NCBI GenBank assembly: GCA_030704615.1
Contig: CM060731.1
Location: 80,600,001 to 80,664,000, forward strand
DNA length: 64,000 bases
From: Takakia lepidozioides
Taxonomy: Eukaryota > Plantae > Bryophyta
Direction: 5' to 3'
Shown: in pieces, positions 61,252 through 64,000 of the stretch
Numbering within the stretch: position 1 is the stretch's first letter
How the letters are laid out: each line of letters starts with the position of its first letter
Made by a program: the position numbers and the translations under genes
Notes under the pieces: model-generated
Told to the model about the DNA's origin: nothing
What the model saw: the letters and a program-made list of their open reading frames with translations, nothing else
Databases searched by the model: none

Positions 61252-62802
61252 TTGACTGTTCTCGTTTTCAGCAAATTGTCTGTAAGTACTGACTCTTTTC
61301 ATTTGAATGAATGCCAATGACGCCTTGTACAGTCTGTTTCAGCTCCAAAACATCAAAACTGGAGAGTCAGCTGTGATGTAAGTAAGGGATGTTGGGGGAT
61401 GGTTAGATCCTGGTGTACTGAATGGTTGGAACTTGTCAGTGTTGGGCTTTCTTTCTCCCTGCAGGACTGGGGATCTTTCTCAGTGGAAGTTAGGTGGCTT
61501 TAGGACTGATATGAGTGGTAAGTGATCACATACAAGTCAGTATGTAGAGAGGTTGAGTGAGGTCTTGTGTTTCTTTATGTGGAAACTAGCAGCATGCAAG
61601 ACCTCAAGAGTTCCAGAAGGTGGTGGTGCATTCCATTTTAGCTTCATGCAGCGATGTAAGCTGCCTCTGCCACAGAATCAAATTGTGAACTTTCTTTTGG
61701 GCCTTGTTGGGAAGTAGTAATTTTTCTTCCAATCTGCAACTTTGCTTAGAGCACCAAAGAGGTATCTGTAGGCCGCACCCCACCCCATTGCTCACAACCT
61801 ACATGACATGGAGTATTTTCTTTCTCACAGCCAGTGCTTGCAAATCTGCAGGGTCTAGAGCTGAATATCACTCTTTCAGGTCCCCTCCCTTGGAAGTAGA
61901 CCCACTGCATCATCTCAACAAGCAGCTGCTTTGGAAGCTTTAATTGTACTGCAGCAATCTCAGTTGGCCTTCATTAATCTCTCTGGGGACATTCCAGCAG
62001 CCTTCATTAGTTGCCAGAACCTTCAAACTCTAGGGACGTGGGAGTTAGCCCCATCACTTGTCACCGAGCTACATAATTTGAAGAGGTTCAGGTTATGTAC
62101 AATTTTGGCCATTGTGTAAATGAATGGTAACATAAGTTCACCATGTTTACATTTTTAATTGAATACACTGTCTACATTGTGCTTGACTATGGTCTTAGTT
62201 TTAGGCATCGCAATTCCAACATTCATGTTGTGATTTGAAAGCTGAGCTTGAGTACAATCTAATAAACCCACAAAAGAGCAATAGCTTTACACACCACAGG
62301 ATCAATGCATGTGAAAAGTTTCATCATTACAGACAAGGCCCAGTATAATGCTTGCTTTTTCTACAATCTTCATCTCCATCTTCTTGGTCCCTCATCTAAA
62401 GAAGAACCGTGATAGTGAGATGGTAAGGGGGTGAAAAAGAGAAGAAAACGAAATTGGTTGTGTCCAGGGAAACCAAGGCCAGGATGGGTGAGATCTGTTG
62501 AACTACTTTGGCACATTTACAAAAGAGAATCATCGAAAGAGCACTCAAATGTGGCATGCAAGCAACTATGTAGGTTACACACTTGTATACATAGACCCTG
62601 CAGTAGATTAACTGGAGAAGAATTGGCAACACAGGGTCTCAACAAACTTGGACGAGAGATATCTGAATGGGTCTTGGATATGATCAAGTCTGGCAGGATC
62701 CAAATACACGGAATAGTTGACACTTCCCAACACAGACCATGTTCTGGTAGATGGACAAGCGAATATGAGGTTTGCAACCGTTTTCCCTTCTGAGAAGGAC
62801 AC

Positions 62803-64000
62803 TCATTGCTTTTTCATGCTTGCATACAGACTATCAATCTCCTTCTGCAAAACCCCAAAAAATGGCATTAAGACTCCATTAAGCTGGCTACCTTGATCTT
62901 CTAGCAATACAGACGTCCCCTTGACATGCAACAAACTTTCTTCAGATGCATGCCATGCCATGCCATGTCGATTATCCTGATGAGTGCAGGAGGATGTCAT
63001 ATGCATTGCCAACTGCATTTCCTACAGTCAAGCCAGAGGACGATCATGTTGGAACGCTAAAAAAGCTGACCTTGTAGTATTTCAATAGTTGTGGTCGCTT
63101 GAGCTTGAATGTAGGGGTCGTCAAACCACGCTCCAAATCAAAAGGCTCTGGTTCTAAGTGGACTCCCTTTATGATTTCGAACCCCTTCGCCTGTAAAAGT
63201 TTTGTGTTGGTTCCATGTTCCGACAACTTCAGGTAGATCAGAAATCACTGTATTTCAAGACTCGTATTAACAGAACCTTAAAGTAGTCAAATAAACCAGT
63301 ACATAAACAGCAGGAATTGTTTGTGTCTTTGATCAACAGCCTAAAGTCCCACTCCTGTTACCTTTTTCGCTTTCCCAGTAGCAGCGAGCTCCGACAGAAT
63401 GAACTCTCGAGCCTTGAGGCTCTGGCATAACTTTGCAAACTCCCCTTCCTCACCGTTGGACCTGGCCCACTCCTCTAGTGCATCTTGGTTGGGAACAGCG
63501 ACTGCTACCAGTGTTGGCTCAAAGCTGTTTCCGTAGACCCAGATCTGCAAATATAAACAAGCTTCACTGTTGGTAATGGAGCTGTTTTTCGAGTTCCACA
63601 TAAACAGCACAGTGTATTCCACATTACTCACAGACACCGAAGAAAAGTACTATTTGTTATATGGAACAGACAAAGTTCACAAGTATCACCAGACTGGCAA
63701 ATATCGAAAAGTGTGAGCATGAGAAACTCCTGACTTGACACTAAGTAGGGGTAAGAGAGATAAATAAGGGAACCTTATAGCCAGAGAGGAAGGGAGGGAG
63801 AACTACAAAAACACTTGCGAGTGAAATAGTAACCCCATTAGTAGAAGAATATGAAATGGTAGTGAGACATACTGCGTCCACTGCTGGGCATTGCCCATAT
63901 ATATTTTCAAGACTTTCGACAGCAACATATTCCCCTTGAGATAGTTTGAAAATGTTCTTTTTACGATCAATAATCTTCAAGGCACCATCTGGTTGCCACT
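62803..64000 (-). CDS. LACS: Long-chain acyl-CoA synthetase (LACS4/5-like), last four exons; continues beyond the window
   Basis: Exons >64000-63873, 63544-63362, 63190-63071 and 62844-62803. Protein: [34 protein letters not shown]...IWVYGNSFE...[45 protein letters not shown]. Confidence 0.95.

Noticed and set aside
42266-64000. KAS II plus LACS as a lipid biosynthetic gene cluster
   Set aside because: These are two housekeeping genes separated by transposons and YRDC, with no evidence of co-regulation; chance proximity is sufficient.

Overview
Eukaryotic, intron-containing plant nuclear DNA. The PLS-PPR fragment and the gypsy/LINE types suggest a non-seed land plant, probably a bryophyte (inference). 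Five host genes are supported: the last exon of a cytosolic small heat-shock protein (+, start of window); a 6-exon At5g43822/C1orf109-like gene (-, 1919-4720); a 13-exon plastid beta-ketoacyl-ACP synthase II (+, 42266-48781); an intronless YrdC/Sua5 gene (+, 60031-61251); and the 3' end of a long-chain acyl-CoA synthetase (-, 62803->64000). The intervals ~5.5-41 kb and ~49-59.6 kb are nested, decayed transposon islands containing CACTA/En-Spm elements and MITEs, Ty3/gypsy fragments, an APE-type LINE, a Mutator-like MITE and a tRNA-derived SINE. The most interesting signals are: (1) a CACTA transposase whose predicted first intron holds a same-strand SET-domain ORF; (2) a second CACTA whose accessory gene splices an FCP1/NIF phosphatase-like domain in frame to a TNP1-like domain; (3) a 2A/StopGo-like motif (GDIHPNPGP) ahead of the LINE endonuclease; (4) a gypsy LTR with a Tf1-type self-priming signature; (5) two integrase fragments 31 kb apart, on opposite strands, that join codon-exactly. 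All family assignments come from motif recognition by eye; no searches were run.
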